Counted from the first letter of the stretch, positions 43,877 through 54,082 are shown. The stretch: 64,000 nucleotides of DNA from an uncultured Actinomycetes bacterium (GCA_963748755.1 CAVVKA010000001.1:121995-185994); one strand, 5' to 3'. The notes: generated by a model not told the origin, from the letters alone. Program-made: numbers and translations.

Positions 43877-44205
43877 TGAGCTCTGCGCCCGCCAGAAGCC
43901 GAGAAGCAGTCGATTCGCGCCGGGTCGAGACGCGGCCGCGCCTGCTGTTCTTCTTCTCGCCAACCTCCGGGCCCTCGCGCCGTGTCGAGGGATTCCTGGC
44001 TCAAGTCCTCCAGCGCCGAGCCAACCACTCGAGCTTCCAGCTCGTGCGCGTCGACACCGACCGGCGTCCCGACCTCGTCGAGCGCCTGCAGGTCACGGAG
44101 ATCCCCACGCTCCTCGTGGTCGCAGAAGGTCGCGTCCGCGAGCGCATCGTCAGACCGTCCGGCTGCGTCGAGATCTCGAAGCGGCTCGCTCCGTGGCTGA
44201 GATAG
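43876..44205 (+). CDS. thioredoxin-fold protein lacking the CxxC site
   Basis: LLFFFSPTSGPSRRVEGFL...VDTDRRPDLVERLQVTEIPTLLVV aligns to the Trx WCGPC region, with SGPS replacing it. Confidence 0.6.
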   Translation: MSSAPARSREAVDSRRVETRPRLLFFFSPTSGPSRRVEGFLAQVLQRRANHSSFQLVRVDTDRRPDLVERLQVTEIPTLLVVAEGRVRERIVRPSGCVEISKRLAPWLR

Positions 44206-44312
44206 CTGCGGGCCTGACGACTCCCGCGAATCCCGTCGATCAGATCCCATTTGACCCATCCGGCGAGCAGCCGCGGCGACTTCCCAGAAGCCTTGTTTGC
44301 CGGAACTTTCTC

Positions 44313-44336
44313 ATGGCCGTGCAGGGATCGAACCTG
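44313..44336 (-). repeat. orphan copy of the tRNA-Lys 3' end (putative att remnant)
   Basis: ggccgtgcagggatcgaacctg at 44315-44336 is identical to 57041-57062 (T-arm plus 3' acceptor strand of the tRNA). There is no 5' acceptor strand or anticodon arm upstream. Confidence 0.65.
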
Positions 44337-44589
44337 GGTCCACACCGATCTGACGATCCTCGGTCGGCTCGCGCTAGAACGCGCAAGAGCGCGAGCCTTT
44401 CCGCTTGCGGCGTAGCGCAAGCGCCCTACGGCTCCACCCATGGCAAAGATCGGGGCCGCGCTCTCGGCAGTCGTAGTTGTTCTCTGGCTCGTGATGATGG
44501 TGACGCCGGAACACACGAATGACGCCAGCCACCTTGCTGCAGGTCTATTTGCCCCACGGTAGCGCGGAGATTCGGCTACAACGGCTCTG

Positions 44590-45600
44590 ATGGCTTCGCT
44601 AGATGCTTTGGCCGGCTCCGATTCGCCGCGCTCGTGGCGGGGTGTGCTCGACGCCTACGCGGAGCCGCGGGTGGGTCGGAGTGTGCTCGACCTCGCGACC
44701 TCGGTGGTTCCGTATCTGGCGTTGCTGGTCGCGATGGTCTTCGCGGTGCGCGTCTCTGTGCAGTTGTCGCTCATACTCGTGGTGCCTGCGTCTGGGTTTC
44801 TGGTCCGCACGTTCATCGTGTTCCACGACTGCACGCATGGCTCGTTCATGCGCTCGCGGCGCGCGAATGACCTGTTGGGTGCTGCCTTGGGTTTGCTCGT
44901 GTGGCTGCCGTATCGCGGCTGGCAGCACGAGCACGCGGTGCACCATGCGAGCGCAGGTGACCTCGACCGCCGTGGAGTGGGGGACGTCGCGACGCTGACG
45001 GTCACCGAGTACCGGGCGCTCCCTGCGTGGCGGCAGATCACGTACCGGCTCTACCGCAGCCCGGTCGTCATGTTCGGCCTTGGCTGGTTCCTCGTGCTCG
45101 TGCTGAAGCCACGCTTCGTGCCCCGCGAAGCACGACCGCGCATTCGTAACAGCGTGCTGGCGACGAACCTGATCCTCGCGCTGATCGTCGCAGCAGCCTG
45201 CCTAACGATCGGCTGGCGCGACTACCTGCTCGTGCAAGGGCCCGTTTTCGTCGTCAGCGGCGCAGTCGGGGTCTGGCTCTTCTATGTGCAGCACCAGTTC
45301 GAAGACACCTACTGGCAGACTCACGCCGACTGGCGCTACGACCACGCCGCACTCGCGGGAAGCTCGTACCTGAAACTGCCGGGTGTGCTGCGGTTCTTCA
45401 CCGGCAACATCGGCTTCCACCACGTGCACCACCTCAGCGTCGGGATCCCGAACTACAACCTGCAAGCCGCGCACCAGGGAACCGACCGTCTCCAGACGGT
45501 GCCGCAACTCACGCTGCGGCAAGGGCTTCGTGCTACGAGGTTGAAGCTCTGGGACGAGCGGCGAGGCAGGCTCGTGACGTTCCGCGAGGCGCGCGCCTAG
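44590..45600 (+). CDS. membrane fatty acid desaturase
   Basis: Three His boxes: HDCTHGS, HEHAVHH, HHVHH. Four TM segments. Confidence 0.85.
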   Translation: MASLDALAGSDSPRSWRGVLDAYAEPRVGRSVLDLATSVVPYLALLVAMVFAVRVSVQLSLILVVPASGFLVRTFIVFHDCTHGSFMRSRRANDLLGAALGLLVWLPYRGWQHEHAVHHASAGDLDRRGVGDVATLTVTEYRALPAWRQITYRLYRSPVVMFGLGWFLVLVLKPRFVPREARPRIRNSVLATNLILALIVAAACLTIGWRDYLLVQGPVFVVSGAVGVWLFYVQHQFEDTYWQTHADWRYDHAALAGSSYLKLPGVLRFFTGNIGFHHVHHLSVGIPNYNLQAAHQGTDRLQTVPQLTLRQGLRATRLKLWDERRGRLVTFREARA

Positions 45601-45665
45601 CAGTTACCTCTTCACCCGCGGTGCGTGAAATACGTCAATGCCCGCTTCGCTCACCGTTGAATGAA

Positions 45666-45701
45666 GAGAGCCCCGCCGTACAGGGCGGGGCTCTCTCTTT
45701 T
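45666..45701 (+). terminator. Rho-independent terminator after the desaturase gene
   Basis: 12-bp stem GAGAGCCCCGCC / GGCGGGGCTCTC, 6-nt loop, then TCTTTT. Confidence 0.6.
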
Positions 45702-45741
45702 GGGTGCGGCCGGCCCGCCCTTTGGGTGCGGCCGGCCCGCC
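45699..45741. repeat. tandem duplication of a 21-nt GC-rich unit
   Basis: tttgggtgcggccggcccgcc occurs twice (45699-45719 and 45721-45741), separated by one c. Confidence 0.8.
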
Positions 45742-45784
45742 GCGAACGCAGCCCTAGTCGGAGCTCGCTGTCGCTGCCGTCGTC

Positions 45785-46078
45785 TTACTTGCGGAGGTTG
45801 TGGACCGACATCTCCTGCATGGCGCTGGCGCTGCCGCCGCCGTTGCTGGGCGGGCCCACGATGCCAACCTTGCGCATCGCTGGGCCAAGCCGCTCCGACT
45901 GGAATAGCTCGAACTGTTGCTTCGATTCCCAGACATCGATGATCCGAATGCCTGAGCCGGACTCGCCGGCGGCGTGCACAATCAGACCCTCCGGATTGTG
46001 AGTGCCGAGTTCTTCGTCGAGCTTGTCGTACTGCTCGCGACTGATCGGCACATCACTGACGTATGCCCACGTCTGCAT
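45785..46078 (-). CDS. small ABM/dimeric alpha-beta-barrel-like protein
   Basis: GACAGGAGAG RBS before the ATG at 46078. GLIVHAAGESGSGIRIIDVWESKQQFELF. Confidence 0.5.
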   Translation of the reverse strand: MQTWAYVSDVPISREQYDKLDEELGTHNPEGLIVHAAGESGSGIRIIDVWESKQQFELFQSERLGPAMRKVGIVGPPSNGGGSASAMQEMSVHNLRK

Positions 46079-46323
46079 AACTCTCCTGTCGTCACCACAC
46101 AAGGCGGAAACGCGAACCCGCGCGTCTCCTTGACGCACCCAGGCCGAATGTGACAGACGGAGAGGACTAATCGGGTCGAGCCTCAGCGGCTTCCTCGCAA
46201 GGCCTACGCGCACCACCAAGCATAGCGGCGATCGCGCGTGACCATCCTGCCTTCTTGCCATGCCTTATCGGCGGCGAGGCTCGTGCGCTCGGGCATCTCA
46301 CCTCCTGGGACCGGGTTCCGCGC

Positions 46324-47058
46324 CTAGATGAGAATGTTGACCGCACGCGCGGCGACGAGCAGCACGGTGACGACGGATAGCGTCGACTCGGCGGCCATCA
46401 GCGCCTTGGCTGGGCGAGTCAGGGGCAGGGCGTCAGTTGGGCTGAATGCTGTCGCGTTGGTGAGCGAGATGTAGAAGTAATCCCAGAGCCGGGGCGCCCA
46501 GCCGTCGCGTGCGAGCTGAGGGTTCTCGTCCTGGGGAAATTGGAAATCGGGTTTGCGTGCCGCGGCCGCGAGCGCCCGGGCGACCGGGCCGCCGCAGTCC
46601 AATTCCCAGAAGGCGAGGCCGAAGGCGATCGCATTGGTGAGCCAGACTGCGCCGCCGCTGGCAAGGAGCTGCGACCCCGTGATGTGGGTCGCGGAATGTG
46701 CGACCAGCGAGGCGACGAGGATGACGACGCCGAGGACGTTGAAGACCCAGACAAGCGACAGGAGCACGATCACGATCTCCCGCCGGTGATCGTGACGGGC
46801 AAGGCGCTTCAAGCCCAGGAGCAGCGTGGCCGCGAGGCAGAGGTAGGGAGCTGCGACGATCAGCCACATCCACCAAAGCGACTGTCCGAGCGACTCCCAG
46901 TGCGCGTGCTTTGCCACCAGCCCCAGCACGATTAGGATCGCGGCCGCGACCAGCGCGAAGGGAGCGGCGTCGTTACGTGCTTCGCGCGCCGCCGTGTGCA
47001 AGCGCTCCGGCTCAGGTGAGGTCGAGGCGGTAGCAGCCTTTCCGGTCGCTTCAGCCAT
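46324..47058 (-). CDS. DUF1345-like integral membrane protein
   Basis: Multiple TM segments. WLTNAIAFGLAFWELD...DYFYISLTNATAFSPTD matches my recollection of DUF1345. Confidence 0.65.
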   Translation of the reverse strand: MAEATGKAATASTSPEPERLHTAAREARNDAAPFALVAAAILIVLGLVAKHAHWESLGQSLWWMWLIVAAPYLCLAATLLLGLKRLARHDHRREIVIVLLSLVWVFNVLGVVILVASLVAHSATHITGSQLLASGGAVWLTNAIAFGLAFWELDCGGPVARALAAAARKPDFQFPQDENPQLARDGWAPRLWDYFYISLTNATAFSPTDALPLTRPAKALMAAESTLSVVTVLLVAARAVNILI

Positions 47059-47222
47059 CGCCAGACCAGAATGAGCCGCGCCTCGGACAACGGAAACAGA
47101 TCATCCGTCTCCCAGACTGCTGACTCCGGTGATCGTCCCGGTCCCTTCGTCAGGCTACGGCGCTTCGCGCCGCATCAGTTCTCAGGCAACGTCGCGGAGG
47201 TTCTTCATTTCCGTGAGGTGGC

Positions 47223-48050
47223 TCAGCTTCCCATTGAGCGCTTCTCGATCTGCCGGATCCGCTCCGGCGTCACGTTGAAGATCACGCCGATCTCTTCCAA
47301 CGTCGCCGACGCCTGTCCGTCGAGCCCGTAGCGGAGCTCGAGCACGCGTCGCTCTCGCAAGCTCAAGGTCGCGAGGGACTCAGTGAGCGCGCGTAAGCGG
47401 GAATTGTCGTCGGCGACGTCCTCCGGCAACGGACCGCTGTCGGCGAGGAAGTGCCCGAACTCCGATGCCTCCCCGTCGCCGACCGGCTGCTCGAGCGACA
47501 GTGGCATCTGCGAGCTGCGCAGGATCTGCTCCACCTCGTCGAGCGGGAAGTCGGCGTCGCCCGCGATCTCGGCAGGCGTTGGCTGGCGGCAGAGCTCGCC
47601 GCGCAGCTTGCTTTCCGAGCGCAGGATCTTGTTCAGCTTCTCAACGACGTGCACCGGCATCCGGATCGTCCGCCCCTTGTCGGCGAGCGCACGCGCCACG
47701 GCCTGGCGGATCCACCAGGTCGCGTAGGTCGAGAACTTGAAGCCCTTGCGATGGTCGAACTTCTCCGCGGCACGGACGAGGCCGATCGTTCCCTCCTGGA
47801 TAAGGTCGAGGAACGGCAGCCCCTGGTTGCGATACCGCTTGGCGATCGAGACAACAAGGCGGAGGTTCGCCCCGACCATCTCCTGCTTCGCGCTGTGATC
47901 ACCCCGCTCGATGCGTTTCGCCAGCTCAACCTCCTGCGCAGCCGTCAACAGGTCAACCTTGCCGATGTCCCTCAGAAACGCCTGGAGCGAATCCGGCGAT
48001 GGAGAAGCGCCTGCTGCCGCCAATGAACCTCGCCTCCACTCCCCTGCCAC
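47223..48050 (-). CDS. RpoD-family (group 2-like) RNA polymerase sigma factor
   Basis: [24 protein letters not shown]...[12 protein letters not shown]...[23 protein letters not shown]...[12 protein letters not shown]...[20 protein letters not shown]. Confidence 0.85.
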   Translation of the reverse strand: MAGEWRRGSLAAAGASPSPDSLQAFLRDIGKVDLLTAAQEVELAKRIERGDHSAKQEMVGANLRLVVSIAKRYRNQGLPFLDLIQEGTIGLVRAAEKFDHRKGFKFSTYATWWIRQAVARALADKGRTIRMPVHVVEKLNKILRSESKLRGELCRQPTPAEIAGDADFPLDEVEQILRSSQMPLSLEQPVGDGEASEFGHFLADSGPLPEDVADDNSRLRALTESLATLSLRERRVLELRYGLDGQASATLEEIGVIFNVTPERIRQIEKRSMGS

Positions 48051-48159
48051 GTGGAGGAAGGCGCCAGCACGCCATAGGTCCTCGTCTCGTGCTCCACACT
48101 CTAGCCGCTCGCAGCTGGGCCGAACGCCGCGGGTGCGTCGGAGCTACCCTCGCACGTTG

Positions 48160-49236
48160 ATGTCGACCCGGCTTTCTGTCGGCAGGACCTTGCGGGTCGC
48201 GATCCTCGCGCCGATTTCCTGGCGGGTACCTCCGCGCAGATACGGGCCATGGGAGCAGTTCTCGTCTCTGTTGACCGAGGGGTTGGTGAGGCGAGGAGTC
48301 GAGGTCACCTTGTTCGCCACCGCCGACTCCCTTACGACCGCTCACCTCGTCGGCACGGCGCCGGCCGGCTACTCGGAGGATCCGGCGTTACATGCGAAGG
48401 CCTGGGAGGCGCTGCACATTTCTGCCGCGTTCGAACGTGCAAGCGACTTCGACGTCATCCACAACAGCTTCGATTTCCTGCCACTGACCTACAGCGGTCT
48501 GGTTGACACCCCAGTGGTGACGACAATCCACGGGTTCTCGTCGGAGCAGATCGTTCCCGTGTTCGAGAAGTACAACCGGCGTGGCTACTACGTCGCAATC
48601 AGCGATGCGGACCGCCACGAGCGCCTCGACTACGTCGCCACAATCCACCACGGCATCGACCTGGGCGAATTCGCGCTCCAGCGGACGCCGGGCGACTACC
48701 TCCTGTTCTTCGGGCGAATCCATCCGGACAAAGGGACAGTTGAGGCGATCGATGCCGCCGAGCGCACGGGCATGCCGCTCGTGATCGCCGGGATCATCCA
48801 GGACCGCGACTACTTCGAGCGGCACGTGGAGCCGCGGCTCGACGCGGAGCGCGTGAGCTACGTCGGCCCAGTCGGGCCCGACCGACGCGGCGGCCTGCTG
48901 GGCGGCGCGCGTGCACTGCTGCACCTCGTCAACTTCGACGAACCGTTCGGCTTCAGCGTCGTCGAGGCGATGGCCTGCGGCACGCCGGTCATCGCGAGGC
49001 GACGCGGCTCGATGGCAGAGATCGTGAATCACGGCGAGAACGGCTTCCTCGTCGATACCCAGGACGACGCGGTTGCCGCCGTCCACGCTTCGGGCGCGCT
49101 CGACCGCGAAGCCGTGCGCGCATCGGTGCAAGGGCGCTTCGACGTCGAGCGGATGGTGGACGACTACCTCGCCCTCTATGGGCGCGTCGTCGAACTCCAC
49201 CACGATGCAAAGATCGGCAAAGAAGGCGTCCGCTGA
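48160..49236 (+). CDS. glycosyltransferase family 4 (GT-B)
   Basis: LRVAILAP..., then the C-terminal EPFGFSVVEAMACGTPVIA...G..EIV..G.NGFLV motif. Confidence 0.85.
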   Translation: MSTRLSVGRTLRVAILAPISWRVPPRRYGPWEQFSSLLTEGLVRRGVEVTLFATADSLTTAHLVGTAPAGYSEDPALHAKAWEALHISAAFERASDFDVIHNSFDFLPLTYSGLVDTPVVTTIHGFSSEQIVPVFEKYNRRGYYVAISDADRHERLDYVATIHHGIDLGEFALQRTPGDYLLFFGRIHPDKGTVEAIDAAERTGMPLVIAGIIQDRDYFERHVEPRLDAERVSYVGPVGPDRRGGLLGGARALLHLVNFDEPFGFSVVEAMACGTPVIARRRGSMAEIVNHGENGFLVDTQDDAVAAVHASGALDREAVRASVQGRFDVERMVDDYLALYGRVVELHHDAKIGKEGVR

Positions 49237-49298
49237 GCACGAGCTCGCCGCGGCAGCCGTTCCGGGTCGGCGTCAACTACTGGCCCGCCCGCACCGCG

Positions 49299-50483
49299 AT
49301 GAGCTGGTGGTCGAAATTCGATCTGGCCGAGGTTGCAACCGACTTTGCGCGGATCGCCGCCTGCGGTCTCGACTCCGTGAGGGTCTTTCTCACCTGGGAA
49401 GACTTTCAACCGGCCCCAAACCGGGTCGACCGAGAGATGCTCAAGCGGCTCATCGCGGTCGCCGATCTCGCCGCTGAGCTCGAGCTCGCTCTCATCCCCA
49501 CCCTCTTCACCGGCCACATGAGCGGCGTGAACTGGATCCCCGCCTGGGCGCTCGGAGGCCGCCCGGAGGGTGATCCTCGCTTCCGGATCGTTTCGAGTGG
49601 CGGGGTCGCCCAGACCGGTCTCCGAAATTGGTATACGGACGTTGCGGTCGTAGCTGCCCAGGCCCTCTTTGCCGCGCAGGCCGCCGCCGCTCTCGCCGGT
49701 CATGAGGCGGTCTGGGCGTGGGATCTCGGCAACGAGAACTCCAACTGCGCGATCCCCCCAACCAGGGAATCGGCTCGCGCCTGGCTTGAGCGTCTCACCT
49801 CGGCAATCCGCGGCGCTGACGACACCGCGCTCGTCACGCTCGGGTTGCACATGGAAGACCTGGAAGACGATCGGCAGCTCGGTCCGCTCGAAGCCTCCGG
49901 CGTCTGCGATCTCCTCTCGATGCATGGATACCCGATCTACGCTGGCTGGGCGGGCGGTCCAACCGACGACGAACTGCTCCCGTTCCTCGCCCGCGTAACA
50001 CGGTGGCTTGGCGAGGGTCGCGACGTCCTCTTCAGCGAGTTCGGTCTGCCCACCTACCCCCGTGGCCGTCGGGGAGAACAGAGCGCCTCCTGGCGGGCCT
50101 GCTCGTCTCTCGTCGAAGAGGATGCGGCGGCCGCATACACGTCAAGGGCGCTCGAGGCGCTTCGTTGCGCCGGCTGCATCGGCGCGATGCTCTGGTGTTA
50201 TTCCGACTACGACCCAGGGCTCTGGGAGAGCCCTCCCTTCGATCTGGCTCCTCACGAGCGCACCTTCGGCCTGTGGCGTGTCGATGGCTCACCGAAACCG
50301 TCGGTCGCGGCCGTCGCGGCGTTCGTCGGCGTCGAGCGGTGCACTGCTGGACAAGCCGATGGGTGGATCGACATCGACCGGAACGAGTTCCTTCACAACC
50401 CGCACGCGCAGCTGCCCCGTCTTTACCGCCGCTATCGGGAGCAGACGCGACCTGAAGACGAGACCTCCGGCATGACCGACTGA
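49299..50483 (+). CDS. clan GH-A (GH5-like) TIM-barrel glycoside hydrolase
   Basis: WDLGNENS (acid/base Glu) and VLFSEFGLP (nucleophile Glu). The conserved FRVGVNYWPA lies in frame upstream of the first ATG, with no canonical start there. Confidence 0.7.
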   Translation: MSWWSKFDLAEVATDFARIAACGLDSVRVFLTWEDFQPAPNRVDREMLKRLIAVADLAAELELALIPTLFTGHMSGVNWIPAWALGGRPEGDPRFRIVSSGGVAQTGLRNWYTDVAVVAAQALFAAQAAAALAGHEAVWAWDLGNENSNCAIPPTRESARAWLERLTSAIRGADDTALVTLGLHMEDLEDDRQLGPLEASGVCDLLSMHGYPIYAGWAGGPTDDELLPFLARVTRWLGEGRDVLFSEFGLPTYPRGRRGEQSASWRACSSLVEEDAAAAYTSRALEALRCAGCIGAMLWCYSDYDPGLWESPPFDLAPHERTFGLWRVDGSPKPSVAAVAAFVGVERCTAGQADGWIDIDRNEFLHNPHAQLPRLYRRYREQTRPEDETSGMTD

Positions 50484-50742
50484 CTGCACGCGGGCCGCAA
50501 CACCGGCCGGAGGCAAAGCATCGATCCTCAGGTCGTCTAGCTCGGATCGCGCGCGTCGCGGTGCTGGGACTGTGTCCGCTGGCGCCGCCGCCCCAGATCG
50601 AGCGAAACGGGAGTACGCTGTCGGTGACTGGCCCTGCACAAAGGTTCCGGCCCGAGCCCGCAACCCACCGACGCGCGTCGCGCGCAAGGCGAGGAGCGTC
50701 AGGCGAACGGACTTCTCTGCGGGGTCAGCCCTTTGTGTGCGC

Positions 50743-51690
50743 CTACGTCTCGCGTGGTGCGGCGAGGAGGGCTTCGATCAAGTCGCGCAGTCGTGCGGTG
50801 GCTAGACAGATGGAGCTGTCGGCGGCGCCGTAGTAGAGGCGGATTTCGTCGCTGGCCTCATCGTGCAGAAGGCCGCAGGGGAAGACGACGTTGGGAACGT
50901 CGCCAGTTCGCTCGTAGCCCGCAAGGGGGGTCATCACCCAGTTGGGGAGGCGGTGGAGGACGTGGGTCGGTTCGTCGAGGTCGAGCAGCGCAAGACCCAC
51001 GCGATACATGTCTCCGGCCACCGTGTCCTTCACGCCGTGGTAGAGGAGCAGCCAGCCGTGGTCGGTGCGGAGCGGCGGCGGGCCGATTCCGATCCGCAGC
51101 GAGTCCCACCAGGCGCCGTCGCGCGGTTGGAGTACCTGCTCGGGAGCGCTCCAGCTGACGAGGTCGTCCGAGCGGGAGAGAACGATCTCGCCGTGCCCGC
51201 CGCCGAATTCGGTCTTGGGACGGTGAAGAAGTACCCAGCGGCCATCGATCCGGTGCGGGAGGAGCGCCGCGTTCTTGTCCTCGGGGTGCCTGACCATGCC
51301 GTGGCGCTCGACGGTGTCGAAGTCCTCTGTCGTCGCAAGGAAGACGGCAGGCCCAGCTGGGCCGTAGGCGGTGCAGGTGATCGCCCAGCGCCCGAGCTCG
51401 TCGAGCCACACGACCCGGGCGTCCTCGAACCCCCATTGCTCGCTTTCGATCCCGTCGGAGGGGGCGAGCAGCGGCTCGGGCGCGATCATCCAATCGTCGA
51501 CGCCGTTCGCTGAGCGGGCGACGGTGAGGTGTGAGATTCCCCGGCGATCTTCGACGCGCGCGAGCAAGACAGTCTGGCCGTCGTAGGCCGCCGCCGCGGG
51601 GTTGAACACGGCATTCACGGGATAGGGCCAGTCGTCGGCGGTCAGGATCGGATTGCCGGAGTGGCGCTCGAAGAGCTCGAGCGCGTTCAT
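50743..51690 (-). CDS. GH130 family glycoside phosphorylase/hydrolase (beta-mannoside type)
   Basis: NPILTADDWPYPVNAVFNPAA...EDARVV...KNAALLP...WLLLYHGV...YYGAADSSICLATA. ATGA overlap with the upstream GT gene. Confidence 0.8.
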   Translation of the reverse strand: MNALELFERHSGNPILTADDWPYPVNAVFNPAAAAYDGQTVLLARVEDRRGISHLTVARSANGVDDWMIAPEPLLAPSDGIESEQWGFEDARVVWLDELGRWAITCTAYGPAGPAVFLATTEDFDTVERHGMVRHPEDKNAALLPHRIDGRWVLLHRPKTEFGGGHGEIVLSRSDDLVSWSAPEQVLQPRDGAWWDSLRIGIGPPPLRTDHGWLLLYHGVKDTVAGDMYRVGLALLDLDEPTHVLHRLPNWVMTPLAGYERTGDVPNVVFPCGLLHDEASDEIRLYYGAADSSICLATARLRDLIEALLAAPRET

Positions 51691-53936
51691 GCCGCGGCGG
51701 GTTCGCGCGCGGGTTCGCGGTCGGCTGCCCGGACGCCGGCGGCGTCGAGGAGGAGCGCGGCGTGGTGGAAGGCGAGCGTCGACTCGGCGCCTTCGTTGTC
51801 GTTCAGGGCATCGTGGCCGAGCCCGTCGCTGCAGCCGCCCGTCGCGAAGTCGTAAAGCGGCTTCTGCAGGTGGTTGCGGCCCAGGAACCACTCGAACGCT
51901 CGAATCGCTCGAACTCCGTGCTCGGCCTTGTGAGTAACAGCGAAGGCAATCAGCTCGGCTTCGACGAGCGCCGCGGCGTCGAGCGGCTGCTCATCGCCGG
52001 CGCCAGGCGCCGGCTCGCCACGGCGGCGGCCACGGTGACCCGGAAGCCGAAGCGTGTTCTTGTCGAGTCCGCACTCGTCGCCGAGCCAGCGCAGCGACTC
52101 GAGTCCGACCTCGGCGAGGTCCGGCCGGTCGAGCGCGTAGGCGCCGGCGAGGAGCGCCTGGGAGAGCCGAGCGTTGTCGTAGGTGAGCTGGTCTTCGAAC
52201 CAGCACCAATCGTCCGTACAGCTGCGTTCGTAGGCCTCGGCGAGTAGCCCCACGAGCCGTTCGAGCTGCCGGTGGGCGGCGGGCTCGCGCCGGTCGGCGT
52301 CGAGGCGGGAGAGACCGAGAACGGCATAGGCCGCCGTTCGCAGGGAAAGGTCATCGCCGAGCGTTCCGACGAGCCGGTCGAGGAGGTCGCGCGCCGGTCG
52401 CACGACGGCGGGGATCCAGGCCGTGGCGAGGATGTCCCCGAGCGCCCAGATCGAGCGTCCCACGTGGTCGCCAACGTGCGGCTCATCGAGCCAGCGGCGA
52501 TCGTAACCCATGAAGTTATGCATCCCGCCGTCCTCAGTAGCGGCTTGAAGGAAGGCGAGCGCCCGGTAGAGATTCGACGTCCAGACCTGCTCGTTGCCGC
52601 GCCCTGCAAGTGCGAGCGAGACGACCGCCAGCCGGGCGACATCGTCGACGCAATAGCCGCTGCTGCGGTTGGGGATGATTCCGTGCGCGTGCTGCACGAT
52701 CCCGACATCGTCGGCGAGTGTGAGCAGATGATCGGTGCGCAAGCTCGTCAGGTGTAGGTCGGCGACGCCGGCGGGCCGTCGCCGCGGCGCAAGCTCGTCG
52801 GCTTCCTGCAAGACGCGAGCAGTGGCCTCTGCGACGGCCGGCCACGCAAGCGTCGAGCCGATCCGCTGGGCCTCGGTGCGCGCCGCCGTCAGCGTGTCCG
52901 GCCGCTCGATGTAGCCGCAGACTGCGTTGGCGAGCGCTTCCGGGTCGCGGAACGGCACGAGGAGCCCGGCCCCCGAAGCGAGCATGTCCTGTGCGTACCA
53001 GTAGGGGGTGGAGACGACAGCGCAGCCAGCAGCTAATGCGAACGTGAGTGCGCCGGAAGCGATCTGCTCCCGGTTCCCGTAAGGCGTCAGGAAGACGTCG
53101 GTCGCAGCGAGCAGGTCCGAGAGCTCGTTGATCGACAGGAACCGATCGTCGAACTCGACATGATCGCCAAGCTCGAGCTCGAGCACACGCCGCTCGAGCA
53201 TCAGCCGGTATTGCTCCCCTTCCCTCCGCGAGACGTCCGGATGGGTGCGACCGGCGATCGTGTAGACGATCTCCGGGTGCCGTTCGATCATGCCCGGTAG
53301 CGCTTCGAGCACCGTCTCCAGTCCCTTACCGGGCGAGATCAGGCCGAATGTGGAGAGTCGGAAAGGATCGGAGACGGCAGACGACGTGGACCGCCGGGCC
53401 TGAAGCCCAGCTGCGGCCCGCTCGGCGATCCGCACTGGCGCTCCATGCGGCACCACGCGCACTTTGTCCTCCGAGCAGGCGCCCGACTCGACCAGCAATC
53501 GAAGCGCCGTGTCCGTCATCACGATCACGAGCTCCGCCTCGGCGCACAGCTCCCTCAGCACGTCCGCCTGGCGCGGCGTGGGCTCCGACAGCACCGTGTG
53601 CAGGGTCACCACGAGAGGCTGCGCCAGTTCCTGCGCAAACGACAGCACGTACTCCCCGTCACGGCCGCCGAAGATCCCGAACTCGTGCTGAAGCAACACG
53701 ACGTCGACGTCGAGCCGTCCCAGCATCCGAGCAGTGCGGACATAGTCGCCCCGCACGGCCTGCACGATCGTCGCGAGCAGGCCTCGCCGCTGCGGGCTCG
53801 ACGGTTCATGCACGACCGCGATGAGATCGGCGACCGTCACGATGCCCGTGCCGGTCAACGTGGCTCGCAGGTCGGCTGAGAAGGTGCCGATCCCACAGGC
53901 ACGCGGCGGATAGGTGGAGACGATCGCAGTCCGCAT
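51687..53936 (-). CDS. GT4 glycosyltransferase fused to a ~350-aa C-terminal helical domain
   Basis: MRTAIVSTYPPRACGIGTFS...FLTPY.....ASGALTFALAAGCAVVSTP (GT4). The C-terminal half is of unknown, alpha-rich fold. Confidence 0.8.
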   Translation of the reverse strand: MRTAIVSTYPPRACGIGTFSADLRATLTGTGIVTVADLIAVVHEPSSPQRRGLLATIVQAVRGDYVRTARMLGRLDVDVVLLQHEFGIFGGRDGEYVLSFAQELAQPLVVTLHTVLSEPTPRQADVLRELCAEAELVIVMTDTALRLLVESGACSEDKVRVVPHGAPVRIAERAAAGLQARRSTSSAVSDPFRLSTFGLISPGKGLETVLEALPGMIERHPEIVYTIAGRTHPDVSRREGEQYRLMLERRVLELELGDHVEFDDRFLSINELSDLLAATDVFLTPYGNREQIASGALTFALAAGCAVVSTPYWYAQDMLASGAGLLVPFRDPEALANAVCGYIERPDTLTAARTEAQRIGSTLAWPAVAEATARVLQEADELAPRRRPAGVADLHLTSLRTDHLLTLADDVGIVQHAHGIIPNRSSGYCVDDVARLAVVSLALAGRGNEQVWTSNLYRALAFLQAATEDGGMHNFMGYDRRWLDEPHVGDHVGRSIWALGDILATAWIPAVVRPARDLLDRLVGTLGDDLSLRTAAYAVLGLSRLDADRREPAAHRQLERLVGLLAEAYERSCTDDWCWFEDQLTYDNARLSQALLAGAYALDRPDLAEVGLESLRWLGDECGLDKNTLRLPGHRGRRRGEPAPGAGDEQPLDAAALVEAELIAFAVTHKAEHGVRAIRAFEWFLGRNHLQKPLYDFATGGCSDGLGHDALNDNEGAESTLAFHHAALLLDAAGVRAADREPAREPAAA

Positions 53937-54082
53937 GCGCTACCGCGGCCGTGTTCGCGCCGGCGCTTCGAGCGGCTGCATTCGCTGCGGCTGCTGCAGA
54001 CCACCGCGCGCCGAGCTCGGTTTGCGGGATCTCCCGTTGGTTGCCGTGCGCAGCCGGTCGAGTATCCGCTTCAGGGTCTTCA

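Noticed and set aside
44313-44400. A second complete tRNA gene at the left end of the island
   Set aside because: Only the T-arm and 3' acceptor strand are present, and the T-stem has a C-C mismatch. No matching 5' acceptor strand (TGGCCGT), D arm or anticodon arm was found, so it is treated as an att-like fragment.
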